Assembly: GCA_963810155.1 (NCBI GenBank)
Contig: CAWEMN010000016.1
Span: 131,090-195,089 of the forward strand
DNA length: 64,000 nt
DNA from: an uncultured Acidobacteriota bacterium
GTDB taxonomy: Bacteria > Acidobacteriota > Terriglobia > Acidiferrales > UBA7541
Direction of reading: 5' to 3'
Shown here: in pieces, positions 31,310 to 42,082 of the stretch
Layout: every line of letters starts with the position of its first letter
Numbering within the stretch: the first letter of the stretch is position 1
Notes under the pieces: generated by a model
Database searches by the model: none
Told to the model about the DNA's origin: nothing
What the model saw: the letters and a program-made list of their open reading frames with translations, nothing else
Made by a program: the position numbers and the translations under genes

Positions 31310-33124
31310 ATGAATTTGCAAACTCTTCACATCCCCCAATGGCTCTGGTGGGTAGTCGCATTGCTGGTCGTGGCGCGTTTGCTATCGCTTGATTCTGCGG
31401 TTGTTTGGCGTCGTGCTCATTCCCCAGAATAACGTCGGCATCGTCGACAAGCGCTATGCCGTGGTTGGGAAGAATCGCACCCTGGCGGAAGGACAAATTG
31501 TAGCTCTCGACGGCGAGGCTGGAGTGCAGGCCGACACTCTGGCGCCCGGCCTGCACTTTTTCCTTTGGCCCTGGCAATACAAGATCAAGCTGCAAGAGTT
31601 TCTGGTGGTTCCGCAGGATTCCATCGGCGTGGTCGAAGCACGCGGCGGAATCCCGTTGACGGAAGGCAGAGTGCTCGGCAAGAGGGTCGAGTGCAAGGCG
31701 TTTCAGGATGCCCGGGCATTCCTGGTAGGCGGCGGGCAACGCGGTCCGCAGATTACGGTGATCCCGCCGGGAACTTACCGGATCAATACGGCGGTGTTCT
31801 CTGTCATGTCCGCCAAGGTGCTGGAGATACCGGTCAACGCGGTTGGCGTCGTTACCATCAAGGACGGCAAGCCGCTGAACACGGGCGAGATCGCCGGGCC
31901 GGAAGTCAAAGGCCACAACTCGTTTCAGGATGCGCAGGCATTTATCGACGCGGGCGGATACAAGGGCTTGCAGGAGCAGGTGATTCTGGCCGGCCGCTAC
32001 TTTATCAATCCCATGTTTGCCACCGTGGAGATCAAGCCCATGACGGCGGTGCCCATCGCCAACGTAGGCGTGGTGATCGCTTATGTCGGCGAGCCGGGCA
32101 AAGACGTCACCGGAGACGCCTTCAAGCACGGCAATCTGGTCAGCAAGGGAGAAAAAGGTGTTTGGAATGATCCCCTGGATCCGGGGATGTACCCGATCAA
32201 TCCGTACACGCTGAGAGTGGAGTTGGTGCCCACCGCAAACGTCGTCCTGAATTGGGCGGACGGAAAGACCGAAGCGCATAACCTGGACAAAGATCTTTCG
32301 ACCATTACGGTTCGGTCGTCCGACGGGTTCAAGTTCAATCTTGACGTCAGCCAGATCATTCACATCCCGCGCTCGGATGCGCCCAAGGTCATCGCACGAT
32401 TCGGCAGCATGGTGAACCTCGTCACTCAGGTCCTCGAGCCAACGATCGGCAACTACTTCCGAAACGCCGCGCAGAATTCCGACGTGATTGACTTCCTGAA
32501 GAACCGTCAGACCAGGCAGGGACGAAGCGAGAAAGTCCATCTCCGACGCCTTGCAGGAGTACAACGTGGGAGCGGTGGACACCTTGATCGGCGATATCAC
32601 TCCGCCGGATGAACTGATGAAGACTCTTACGGACCGCAAGATTGCCGACCAGCGAAAAGTCACTTTCGATTCCCAACGCCTGGCCGAAGACAATCGCAGA
32701 GAGCTCGAAAAATCGAAGGCCATGGCCGATACCCAGGCCAGCGTCGTCACCGCGGAGCGAAGCGTTGCCATCGCCGGGTTCGCCGCCGACGCGACGATCA
32801 AGCAGGCCGAAGGTCAGGCAAAGGCCAAGACGTTGAATGCCGAAGCCGATGCCACGGTAACCAAGGTAACTGGAGACGCCGACGCCGGAAAGACGCTTGG
32901 CCGTAGGAACGGCCGAGGCTGACGTTATCAAGCTGAAGATTGCCTCGATGACCTCGGACAACTACGCCGTGATTGAGACGGCGAAGGCTCTCTCGGCGAG
33001 CGGATTCAAGCTCGTTCCGGACATCGTCGCCGGCGGCGATGGCGGTGGATCGAACTCCTTGATGAACGTCTTCCTGGCGCGTCTCATTAAAGACGGGAAC
33101 ACGGCTTCACCTTCGAAGCCCTGA
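31310..33124 (+). CDS. flotillin-like SPFH/band-7 protein; three apparent frameshifts (~31383, ~32532, ~32899)
   Basis: N-terminal TM (WLWWVVALLVVA), SPFH domain, long coiled-coil (ISDALQEYNVGAVDTLIGDITPPDE...AEADATVTKVTGDADAGK), C-terminal ...LMNVFLARLIKDG; pieces lie in three frames. Confidence 0.7.
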
Positions 33125-33233
33125 GAGCGCGCACTGGCGTGCTGAAATCACAGGGGCATGTCAAGGCACGCCACGTGAAGTCCCCTTCCCGCGGAATTGC
33201 GCCTGAGCTATCCTTGCGCCTCACACTCGCGAG

Positions 33234-33989
33234 GTGTCATCCGTAATGTTTGGACTCTTCCACCTGGGCTATCTCTTCTACCCCTGGGGATTCATCGTGC
33301 AATTGGTGGCGCTGGTGCACTTCTTCCGCAGCAGGCCAAATGGATTCTGGCTGTGGGTCATTTTCTTCGGAGGTTTCCTGGGCGCCTTGGTATACGTCGT
33401 GGTGGAGATGATTCCCGATGCCGGCTTGCTGCGCAACGTTTACCAGGGATATGGCCGCAAATCGCGCATCCACGTTGTGGAAACGGCCATCATCGACAAT
33501 CCGTCAGCCGCTAATTTTGAGGAGCTTGGCGAGCTTTATTGGGATGAGAAGCAGTACGCCAAGTCGCGGGACGCCTTTGACCGCGCCCTCGCCACCCGCA
33601 GCGATTCTCCGCATTGCTTTTACCGGCGTGGACTCTGCCTCATGGCGCTGGGCCAGCCGGCGGAGGCGCTGCCGGATTTCGAGCGCGTGGTTTCCGGCGA
33701 TCCGAAGTACGACTCCTATCGCGCCAAGCTGATGCTCGCGGAGGCTTATGCGGCCACGGGACGCGAGCAGGAAGCAGCCCCGCTTTTCGCCGAGGTCGTG
33801 CAGCATTCCAATACTCCCGAGACGCTTTACACCTACGCGGCGTTCTTGAAATCGCAAAACCGCACCGAGGAAGCGCGCGAATGGACCCGTCAGCTGCTGC
33901 AAAAGAAGCGCACCCTGCCACGCTACTGGCAGCGGATCGAACGGCCATGGTTTCGCAAGGGGCAAGCTTTGCTTAAGGAGTTGGCCTAA
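33234..33989 (+). CDS. membrane-anchored TPR-repeat protein with PLDc_N-like N-terminal domain
   Basis: LVALVHFFRSRPNGFWLWVIFFGGFLGALVYVVVE matches the short PLD-nuclease N-terminal membrane domain; followed by TPR-like helical repeats. Confidence 0.55.
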   Translation: MSSVMFGLFHLGYLFYPWGFIVQLVALVHFFRSRPNGFWLWVIFFGGFLGALVYVVVEMIPDAGLLRNVYQGYGRKSRIHVVETAIIDNPSAANFEELGELYWDEKQYAKSRDAFDRALATRSDSPHCFYRRGLCLMALGQPAEALPDFERVVSGDPKYDSYRAKLMLAEAYAATGREQEAAPLFAEVVQHSNTPETLYTYAAFLKSQNRTEEAREWTRQLLQKKRTLPRYWQRIERPWFRKGQALLKELA

Positions 33990-34017
33990 GGTTGCGCTAT
34001 GATAGGGCGGTCAATTA

Positions 34018-34410
34018 ATGTCATCCTCCGAAGCCACAACAAAAAGCATCCGGGTAAAGGTCAAAGCCGAGTATGATCCCGGCCGCTCCAGCCCACAGCA
34101 GAATCAGTGGTTCTTTCTCTACACGGTCCGCATAACCAATGAAGGATCGAACACGGTGCAGCTGATCAGTCGCCATTGGGTGATCACCGACGCGATGGGA
34201 AAGGTGCAGGAGGTTCGAGGTAAGGGCGTCGTCGGGAACCAGCCGGTCCTGGCTCCGGGCCAAAGCTTTGAATACACCTCGGGCTGCCCGCTGACGGTGC
34301 CTTTCGGCTCGATGCAAGGTACCTACCAGATGATCAATGATCGTAAGGAGCAGTTTGATATCGAGATCGCGCCATTTGTGCTCGCGGAGCCGCATAGCAC
34401 CGTAAATTAG
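34018..34410 (+). CDS. apaG: ApaG (DUF525) protein
   Basis: RHWVITDAMGKVQEVRGKGVVGNQPVLAPGQSFEYTSGCPL matches ApaG core; 130 aa. Confidence 0.85.
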   Translation: MSSSEATTKSIRVKVKAEYDPGRSSPQQNQWFFLYTVRITNEGSNTVQLISRHWVITDAMGKVQEVRGKGVVGNQPVLAPGQSFEYTSGCPLTVPFGSMQGTYQMINDRKEQFDIEIAPFVLAEPHSTVN

Positions 34411-34838
34411 GCCCCGGAGACGCGTCTTCAGGCTTCCCTTTCAGTAAGCCGCTCCGTCTCTAAACCCGGCCCGATAACTTTTCGGAAACAGCCGTACCTC
34501 ATTCGTTTGAAGCAGTGCTGTTTATTCACTATAGTTGAGCAAATCGACCAAGCGAGACTCATCGGAAATCTGGTGGCTAGGGTTCTGCTGCACTCATTCG
34601 GCTAGGCGAAGGCCTCGGGTCCCAGCGCCAGGGAGTCGAAGGATGAACGCGGGAGTTGCTCGGCAGCGTTTAGCCACGTTGGAAGGCCGAAGAAGGCTGG
34701 AGGGATCGGTGACACGCACGGGGGGCGGCGGGCGAAGAATGTGTCCTCTCACCCTGGAGGGTTGCGTGAAGTCCGCGAGACTCAGCGGGCGCTGAAGAAA
34801 TTGTGGCAGGGGCTTCGCCAATTGGAGGGAGAAACAAC

Positions 34839-35033
34839 ATGAGTACCGCGCAACCGCCTATCGTGGCAACTTCGTTATTGAGCGGCTCGGTTCAGGTCCG
34901 AATAACGATGCATTCGTCGGCGATCTGCAGGGACGGGCGGTGCGTTCTCGTGTCCAGTGTTGGAGTCAACCTGGTGGCGATTGAGTCACCTTTAAAGAGT
35001 CCGCAAGGAATAGCGCTTCTGATTGCGGCCTAG
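34839..35033 (+). CDS. small hypothetical protein (64 aa) in gene-poor lower-GC spacer
   Basis: GGAGGGAG RBS 7 nt before ATG; no recognisable family. Confidence 0.25.
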   Translation: MSTAQPPIVATSLLSGSVQVRITMHSSAICRDGRCVLVSSVGVNLVAIESPLKSPQGIALLIAA

Positions 35034-35479
35034 CCGCATTGGTGGATTTTCCTGTCCGATCGTTGCTTCGAGCCCCGGCAATGGCTCTCTATGCGCAATG
35101 GCCATACTTGCCAGGGCATACGATTTCAAAGTGGGCCGTGCAGCACCCTAGGAATCGATCATCGCCTTCGGGGGCTACTTCGCCGGCTGGATCTTGGCAC
35201 AACGTCTGCCCGCAGGAATCAGATGTGCGCAATTGGGCCGTTCGCTTTCAGTGCTCACGTTTGCCCCGCACTGTATCGTCTAGCGGCGCAATCATCAGGG
35301 ACACCAGCTACGCTTCCTGGGCTACGAATAGGGGTGGGCGTCGGTTACCACGACGGCGATGATACTTCTCGGCGGAATGTGGCGCGTTCCCACTACAACT
35401 CGGTGGTCGGCCAACCGGAAGTAATAACGATCAGGTTTCCTGGATTCCTTCCGGCTTGCCCGCGCCGGGAAGGATGGCG

Positions 35480-36785
35480 TCAGAGAGTGGGGACGCTCGC
35501 GGTGGGTTGAGGTTGGTTTTCGATTTCAGCCAGTTCCTCACGCAGTTGTGCCGCTTCGGCGCGATACTTTGCCGACTCGACATGGTACTTGACGGCGCCA
35601 ACGCTGCCCATCGCATTGAACACCTTGGTGATCGCATCGTTCTTGCCTTTGCCCGTATGTTCGAGTTGGTAGGCAAGATCGTCTTGGTCTTGGGCGTCGC
35701 CTTCCAATCCGGCAATACGGCTCTGAAGATCCTGGATTTTGGCCCAGTTCTGAGCCCGCGTGAGGGCAGGATCGCTCACACGCGCGGCGGCGTTTTGGTA
35801 CGTCCCGCTTTCCTGTAGATCGGAAGTGAAAGCCTCGAGATTGTTTTGGCCCTGAGCGTTGCCCTGGTCGGCGGCCAATCCATACCAGGTCAAGGCCCTG
35901 GCATCGTCCTCCCGCACGCCTTGCCCGTACTGATACATCCAGCCGATCTGATTTTCCGCGTCGCTGTTCCCGTGAGCCGCAGCTTCGACGAACAAAGACA
36001 TGGCCTTGGCGTAATCAATCGTCACGCCGAGGCCCGTCTGAAACATATAGCCGATATTTTCCATGGCGTCGTAGCTGCCATGGTCCGAGGATTTCTGAAA
36101 CCAGGCGAGAGCCTCGTCGTAATTCTTCGGCTGGCCCCATCCTTCCTCAGCCATGAAGCCTAACTGGTTTTCGGCTTCGGAATTGCCGTGCCCGGCGGCG
36201 CGGAGATACCAGGCATGGGCTTGGGCAAAGTCTTGCTTCACCCCATACCCGCACTGGTAAAAGTAGCCAACTTGCTTTTCGGCTTGCGAGAGATTCTGGT
36301 CGGCCGCTTTACGGTACCAATCAAGGGCTTGTTTGTAATCACGCTTGACGCCAAGTTTATCCTCGAACATGCCGCCGAGATTGTATTCCGCGAGCGCATA
36401 GTCCTGCTTCGCTGCGGAACGAAAGTAGGCCAGGGCGCGCTTGTAATCCCGCGGCACACCGAACTTATGTTCATACATGTAGCCCAGGTAATTTTCAGCC
36501 GGAGCATAGCCCTGGTTCGCCGACTTCGTAAACCAGAGCAGAGCCTGGCGGTAGTCTTGGGGAACGCCAACGCCGCGAAAATAGCGGTCGCCTACGGCCG
36601 AACTGCGCCTGCGCATCTCCCGCAGCCGCGGACTCGCGAAGAACGTTGGGGTCTTGGTCCGCCGGCTGTGCCGCCGGCTCGGGCGACGTCTGGACCGAGG
36701 CGCCCGCGGGCGCCTGCGCTCGGCCCGCGGATACCAGGGCGAACATGAAGAGAGCTGCTACCGTAGCGCGCGTAGGAAAACTCAT
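35480..36785 (-). CDS. secreted Sel1-repeat (TPR-like) protein; frameshift ~36598
   Basis: Signal peptide MSFPTRATVAALFMFALVSAGRAQA in one frame; ~9 Sel1 repeats (GVPQDYRQALLWFTKSANQG etc.) in another; join at ...AAGDAQAQF/AVGDRYFRGVGVPQDY. Confidence 0.75.
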
Positions 36786-37152
36786 GGAGACCTTTCCCTC
36801 GACGATTCTCTACCTATTCAACCCAGCGCCTCGCCGCGAGTTGCAGGACGCCTCTCGACACCGCAATCGCCTGACATCTTCCGCTAGCCTCGCACACGAA
36901 GGCTCATATAACGATAGACTGCTGGTACTAAACGCCCAGAATGTGCTCAATGCTGTATCCGCAAGGCGGGCAGCATCGGTTCCCCCAGCCTGTACGGCCT
37001 GGCATTAGGTACCGATGTCTCGAGATGGAGTTAAGCTCCGATATTGCAATTGTGGGAGGCAAGAGATAACTTCCGGTTGGCCCGTTGATCGGGAGTTGGT
37101 GCCGCAGCCTGCGGCGGCCAGTCCTGATCAGAAGCACGCACCGCCCGTTCCG

Positions 37153-37887
37153 TTAGATTTGGGCTCGGCCGCCGTCAACGAACAGTTCGATACCCGTGAC
37201 GAAACTGGAGTCATCCGACGCGAGAAACAATGCCACCTTCGCAACTTCCTCGGGTTCCCCCATCCGTCCCATCGGGATCGTGGACACAATCCGCGCAATG
37301 ACGTCTGCAGATTGCCGATTCGCTAGCGGCGTATTGATGGGACCGGGACTAACGACGTTTGAGCGAATATGACGGTCCTTCAGATCTGTAGTCCAGGTTC
37401 GCACGAAAGAGCGGATGGCAGCCTTGCTTGCGGCGTAGACGCCGAACGCGGCAGTCCCCTTAACACTCGCGACCGAGCCGTTGAGAATGATCGAGCCGCC
37501 AGCCTTCAGGAACGGTAAGGCCTTTTGCACGGTAAAGAGCGTGCCCCTTACATTGATGTTGAATAGTTTGTCGAAATGCTCTTCGGTGACGGCCCCAAAG
37601 GGAACGAATTCGCCAAAGCCGGCGTTGGCGAAGACGATGTCGATTCGTCCCTTCACCCTGGAGACGGTCTCGTAAAGACGATCAAGGTCAGCCGTCTGGG
37701 CAACGTCACCCTGAACTCCGGAAACGTTGGTGCCGATTGCCTTCACGGCTTCGTCGAGTTCCTTCTGGCGGCGGCCCGTGATGAAGACATAGGCACCCTC
37801 TTTGACGAAAAGCTTTGCCGCGGCCAACCCAATCCCTTCTGTCCCGCCGGTGATAACGGCGGTCTTGCCTTCGAGCTTTTTGGTCAT
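37153..37887 (-). CDS. SDR family oxidoreductase
   Basis: TGGTEGIG Rossmann motif, NAG, catalytic YAASK; 244 aa. Confidence 0.85.
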   Translation of the reverse strand: MTKKLEGKTAVITGGTEGIGLAAAKLFVKEGAYVFITGRRQKELDEAVKAIGTNVSGVQGDVAQTADLDRLYETVSRVKGRIDIVFANAGFGEFVPFGAVTEEHFDKLFNINVRGTLFTVQKALPFLKAGGSIILNGSVASVKGTAAFGVYAASKAAIRSFVRTWTTDLKDRHIRSNVVSPGPINTPLANRQSADVIARIVSTIPMGRMGEPEEVAKVALFLASDDSSFVTGIELFVDGGRAQI

Positions 37888-37986
37888 TGTTTTTTCTCGT
37901 CGTTGCTGGTCTGGAACTCTCCGCTCCGATGCTTAACGCTCGAGCGATTGAGGCCTAGCACCGCCTGGCCGTGGTGGGCGCCGAAC

Positions 37987-38919
37987 CTAAGCAGAGGTAG
38001 CCTTTCCGTGATAGGCAGGCGCAAAGACGTCCTGCACAAATTTGTCAAACGAAGTCGGTGTGGTGTTCTCCGGCGAACGAGGCTCCTGCGCAGCGAGGAC
38101 TCCTGCGTTGATGGCCGTGAACATCTCGATGTACACCGCGGCTTTTTTCGGCGTCATGCCCATTTGCTCTAGCACCTGCTGCACCTGGTCGTACGGAAAC
38201 TGCACGTAGCGCAGATCCGGTTTGCCAATGGCGCGCGCAATCACCGCGGTAGCTTCCGTCATGGATAAGTCGCGCTCGCCGAGCAGCTCGCGAGTCTGTT
38301 TGCCGGAGAAATCCAGGTTCAGGAGGCGCCGGGCGGCGTAGTCCCCGACGTCGGGTGTCGCGATCATGGGCAGCTTCAGGTCGGGTAGCAGTGCATGCCC
38401 GAAGATTCCCATCCCCTGAATCATGCCGATCGCCGCCAGATTGTTCTCCATGAAATACGCGGCGCGCAGGTGCAGAACGTTCAATCCGCTGATCGCGTTA
38501 AGCTTTTGCTCCGAAGAATGTAGCCCCGTGACTGGCCCGGTCCCTACCGGAACCTGCGCTCCGTAGCTGCTCAGGTACACTGCGTAACGCAGGCCCGACT
38601 CCGTCACGGCCTTCGCGATCGCATCGCTCTCTCGCTCCTGGTCCTCGCGAGACGTAATCGGCGGCAACAGCAAGTATGCTGCGCGCGCTCCTCTGAAGGC
38701 TTTGGCGAGCGTAGCCGCGTCGCTCATGCTGGCCGTAAACGCATCCGCGCCCTTGCGCACAAATCGTTCCAGTCGCGCCGCATCGCGCCCTACGACGCGC
38801 ACCTTCTTGCCCTTCGATAGCAAGAAATCGGCGATGATCGAGCCGGTGTTCCCGCTCGCCCCCAAAATCACATACATGGCATCCGTTGAGACCGCGACCC
38901 TGTCTTTAAGGCTGTTCAC
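37987..38919 (-). CDS. NmrA-like NAD(P)-binding protein
   Basis: ILGASGNTG N-terminal motif, atypical-SDR/NmrA pattern; GTG start with GGAGAAA RBS (alternative ATG at 38875-38877). Confidence 0.7.
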   Translation of the reverse strand: MNSLKDRVAVSTDAMYVILGASGNTGSIIADFLLSKGKKVRVVGRDAARLERFVRKGADAFTASMSDAATLAKAFRGARAAYLLLPPITSREDQERESDAIAKAVTESGLRYAVYLSSYGAQVPVGTGPVTGLHSSEQKLNAISGLNVLHLRAAYFMENNLAAIGMIQGMGIFGHALLPDLKLPMIATPDVGDYAARRLLNLDFSGKQTRELLGERDLSMTEATAVIARAIGKPDLRYVQFPYDQVQQVLEQMGMTPKKAAVYIEMFTAINAGVLAAQEPRSPENTTPTSFDKFVQDVFAPAYHGKATSA

Positions 38920-39018
38920 ATTCGTTTCTCCTTTTTTTTACAATTCACCGATCCGTTTGAAACTCGGGTGCCCCGTGCATTATATGTGCCTATACTCAGC
39001 ACATATGGATGCAAAAAA

Positions 39019-39447
39019 TCACTGACTCGCTCGACGGATATCCCCCACTACATCGGCGAGGGTTATTCCATCGAGACTATTCTCGAAGCCGGCCTGCGCT
39101 TTTTTTAAGACCGACGACATGCATCCCTTGATGTTGGAGCTGATCGGGCATCTCTTCTCCACTGGATAGCGATGAATCGCGAATGTCGCAGGCGCCGCGC
39201 TGGCGCGGTAAATGTCTAAAAGCGTTATTTGCTTAGGGGAGCGCGTAAGCCTGCTCGCCCCGTTCTTGCCGCGAGTCGTCACGATCAGGCCTGCCTTCGA
39301 GAGTTTCGAGAGCGACTTCCTCACGAAGGTGGGGTCCGCATTCACACTTTCAGCGAGGGTTGCCGAGGAGATTTCCTTGCCATGAAAAAAACCAAGCGCT
39401 GCCATAATGTGCGCTGCAACGGTAAATTGGACGCTTTTTACTGACAT
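39019..39447 (-). CDS. Rrf2 family transcriptional regulator
   Basis: HTH (ATLAESVNADPTFVRKSLSKLSKAGLIVTTRG) and overall 142 aa Rrf2 pattern. Confidence 0.8.
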   Translation of the reverse strand: MSVKSVQFTVAAHIMAALGFFHGKEISSATLAESVNADPTFVRKSLSKLSKAGLIVTTRGKNGASRLTRSPKQITLLDIYRASAAPATFAIHRYPVEKRCPISSNIKGCMSSVLKKAQAGFENSLDGITLADVVGDIRRASQ

Positions 39448-39553
39448 ACATTTTTCCTGTCCTATATGTGATGCTCACCAGCACAATTAGTTGTATCTTT
39501 TTCCGCCGGCAATCGGCGGGCTCCCAACGGGGCAAACACTTCACCGCTTCACG

Positions 39554-41030
39554 TCATGCCGCGGAAGTCTTGCTTAGTGGCGGGTCGCCGGCATCGTGTG
39601 TCGACGCCACGGATGAGAACAGTGGTATAAGCCCCTCGGGCAATGTGGGGTGAGTCAGGATCGCGTCGCGCAGCGCGGTATAGGGCAGTCCTCCCATCAT
39701 GGCGATTTGAACGCAAGACATCACCTCGCCAGCGCCAACACCGAAGGCAGTGAAACCGAGGATGCGATCGCCATCGGCTTCCACCAGGGCCTTCAGAAAG
39801 CCGCGTGTTTCCGAAAGCGTGTGCGCACGCAGCACTGCTTCCATTGGAATCTTGAACAAGCGGTAGGCAATGCCTCCGCTGCTTTGGCTTCGTTCTCGCT
39901 TAGTCCGATACGCGCTAATTCCGGGTCCGTGAATAGGCAGTACGGAACTTGCCTGCCCGTCGTTGTGTGATTAACACCAGTGAGGTTGTCGTGCACCACG
40001 CGGAAATCGTCGATGCTGATGTGCGTGAACTGCGGGCTGCCTGCAACCTCGCCGATCGCCCAAACGCCGGGCGCGGTCGTCTGCAGGCGATCGTTGACTT
40101 TGATGTATCCGCGGTCGGTGAGTTCGACGCCGGCTAATTCCAGGCCGAGTCCCTCGGTGTTCGGAGTCCGGCCGGCCGCGACCAGCAGATGACTGCCTTT
40201 CAGGGTTTTCTCAGCTCCATTCTGCTCGACGACGATACTTACCGATTCGCCCGATTTTCCGGATACGCGCTTAGGCTGGGCATTCAGAAGAATCTCGATA
40301 CCCTCGTCCTCGAAGCAGAGTGCGAAGAGCCTCACATACATCTTCGTCTTCTTGAGCCATCAAACGATCATTGCGAGCGATCACCGACACTTCGCTGCCG
40401 AATCGGCGCATCGCCTGGGAGAACTCGACTCCGACGTAGCCACCGCCGATCACAACCAGGTGTTCGGGAACTTCGTCGAGTTCGAGCGCTTCGATATGCG
40501 TGAGCGGTTGTGCTTCAGCAAGCCCAGGAATTGCTGCCAACGCGGCTCGAGTACCAGTGCTGACGATCACGTTAGTGCCGCGCAGTTGGCGGGTACTCCC
40601 GTCGGGGAGAGTGACCTCCACCGTTCTCGGAGCGATGAACCGTCCGGTTCCGAAAAGGAACTCCGCTCCCGTGTTCTTGTAATTTTCCAGATACATCTCG
40701 TTCAAACCCGTAACCATTTTGCGTTTGCGGTCACGGACACCCGCCATGTCGATCGTGAAGCCATCGCAAGAGATGCCAAACTCCTGGCTTCGGCGAAAGT
40801 ACGATGCGACCTTCGCGCTGTGAATGACGTTCTTGCTCGGCAGGCAGGCGATGTTCGGGCACGATCCGCCAATGTATTTGCGATCGACGACTGCGACGCG
40901 CTGTTCCTTCGCCAGCAAACGTCCACGCAGCGACCGTCGAGCCCGTGCCGCCGCCGAGAATCACCAGATCAAATTCTTCCGGCTGCTTCTTAAGTGCCTG
41001 GGTGGATGACGTGTTTTCTGCGCTTTTCAT
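39554..41030 (-). CDS. class-I pyridine-nucleotide-disulfide oxidoreductase (dihydrolipoamide-dehydrogenase/mercuric-reductase-like); fragmented by >=3 apparent frameshifts
   Basis: FAD motif DLVILGGGTGS, redox-active GGSCPNIACLPSK, NAD motif VVIGGGYVGVEF, C-terminal dimerisation domain (HPTLPEGL); pieces in ORFs 40731-41030, 40271-40918, 39793-40341, 39554-39859. Confidence 0.65.
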
Positions 41031-41830
41031 GCGGACGTTCCTTTCCGAGCGGCGGGTTCACTCTTCGCTTGCATTGATTTCACGAGATCGGCCGCCGACG
41101 CTCCTTCGAGCGCCAGTCCGTAGCCAACTTCTCGCACAATGCGCTCTTTCAAGGGTTGCATGAAGTGCACGCGCGTGTTGCGTCGGGTCACCTCCGGCGC
41201 CTTCAAGTACAGTTCGGCTAGCTCCCGCGCCCGACTGAGCGCCTTACCGTTCGGCACAACCTCGGCAACCACTCCCCATTCCTGAGCCGTACGCGCCGTC
41301 AGTGGCTGTGGGTTCAGCAGGAACGCTTCCGCTCGGCCTGCTCCAGCGCGATAACTCCACGTGGTAAAGATTCCGTCACCCGGCACAATGCCTCCGGCGA
41401 AATGCGGAAGATCGTGAAAGGTCGCACCCTCGGCCGCCACAATCACGCTGGCAAGTAGCGCATACTCCGAGTGCACGTGGGCACGTCCCTCGACAGCCGC
41501 GATGACCGGCACGCGTATGTTGGCTAGATTCTCCACAATCTGAACGCCCTCGTCGTGAACCTGGCTCCAAACGCCGGGATCGGCCACGTTGCCGAAGGAT
41601 GAAAAATCAATGCCGGAAATGAACTCCCCGCCCGTTCCGGTCAGAATTACGATCTTGTTCGCTCGATCTTGCGCAATCCGGTAAAACGCATCGACAAGCT
41701 GCGTATGATCTTGAGCCGTGAAAATAAACGGGCCGCCGTTGCTATGGAATTCCACCACCAGTACGCCGTTGGCATCTCGCGTGAGTTTTATGCTGCGATA
41801 GGAAGCAAAGTAGTCATTTTGAAGTTGCAT
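41027..41830 (-). CDS. enoyl-CoA hydratase/isomerase (crotonase) family protein
   Basis: GGAGAA RBS before MQLQNDYF; crotonase pattern (IVILTGTGGEFISGIDF...). Confidence 0.7.
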   Translation of the reverse strand: MQLQNDYFASYRSIKLTRDANGVLVVEFHSNGGPFIFTAQDHTQLVDAFYRIAQDRANKIVILTGTGGEFISGIDFSSFGNVADPGVWSQVHDEGVQIVENLANIRVPVIAAVEGRAHVHSEYALLASVIVAAEGATFHDLPHFAGGIVPGDGIFTTWSYRAGAGRAEAFLLNPQPLTARTAQEWGVVAEVVPNGKALSRARELAELYLKAPEVTRRNTRVHFMQPLKERIVREVGYGLALEGASAADLVKSMQAKSEPAARKGTSA

Positions 41831-42082
41831 AGGATTCTCCTGTCGTGTTGTCGGAGCGTTTTGAAACAGCGCGTCATCATTCAATTTTGCACCCTGAACG
41901 AATCGCCGGCAATCCAGACACTGTGATAACCCCCGAATCGTCGGCCAACCGGAAGTAATCCGTTTCGTCTGGGCTACGAATGAATCAGGCACGTGGATTA
42001 CTTCCGAATGGCTCGCCAGGAGGCATTGCAAACGCCCGCAGAGCGGTCCGTAGCAATCGCAAAGTTGTGAAACTCCCAACCG

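Noticed and set aside
31293-32801. 502 aa minus-strand ORF
   Set aside because: Antisense to the flotillin gene; its three fragments together reconstruct a complete SPFH protein
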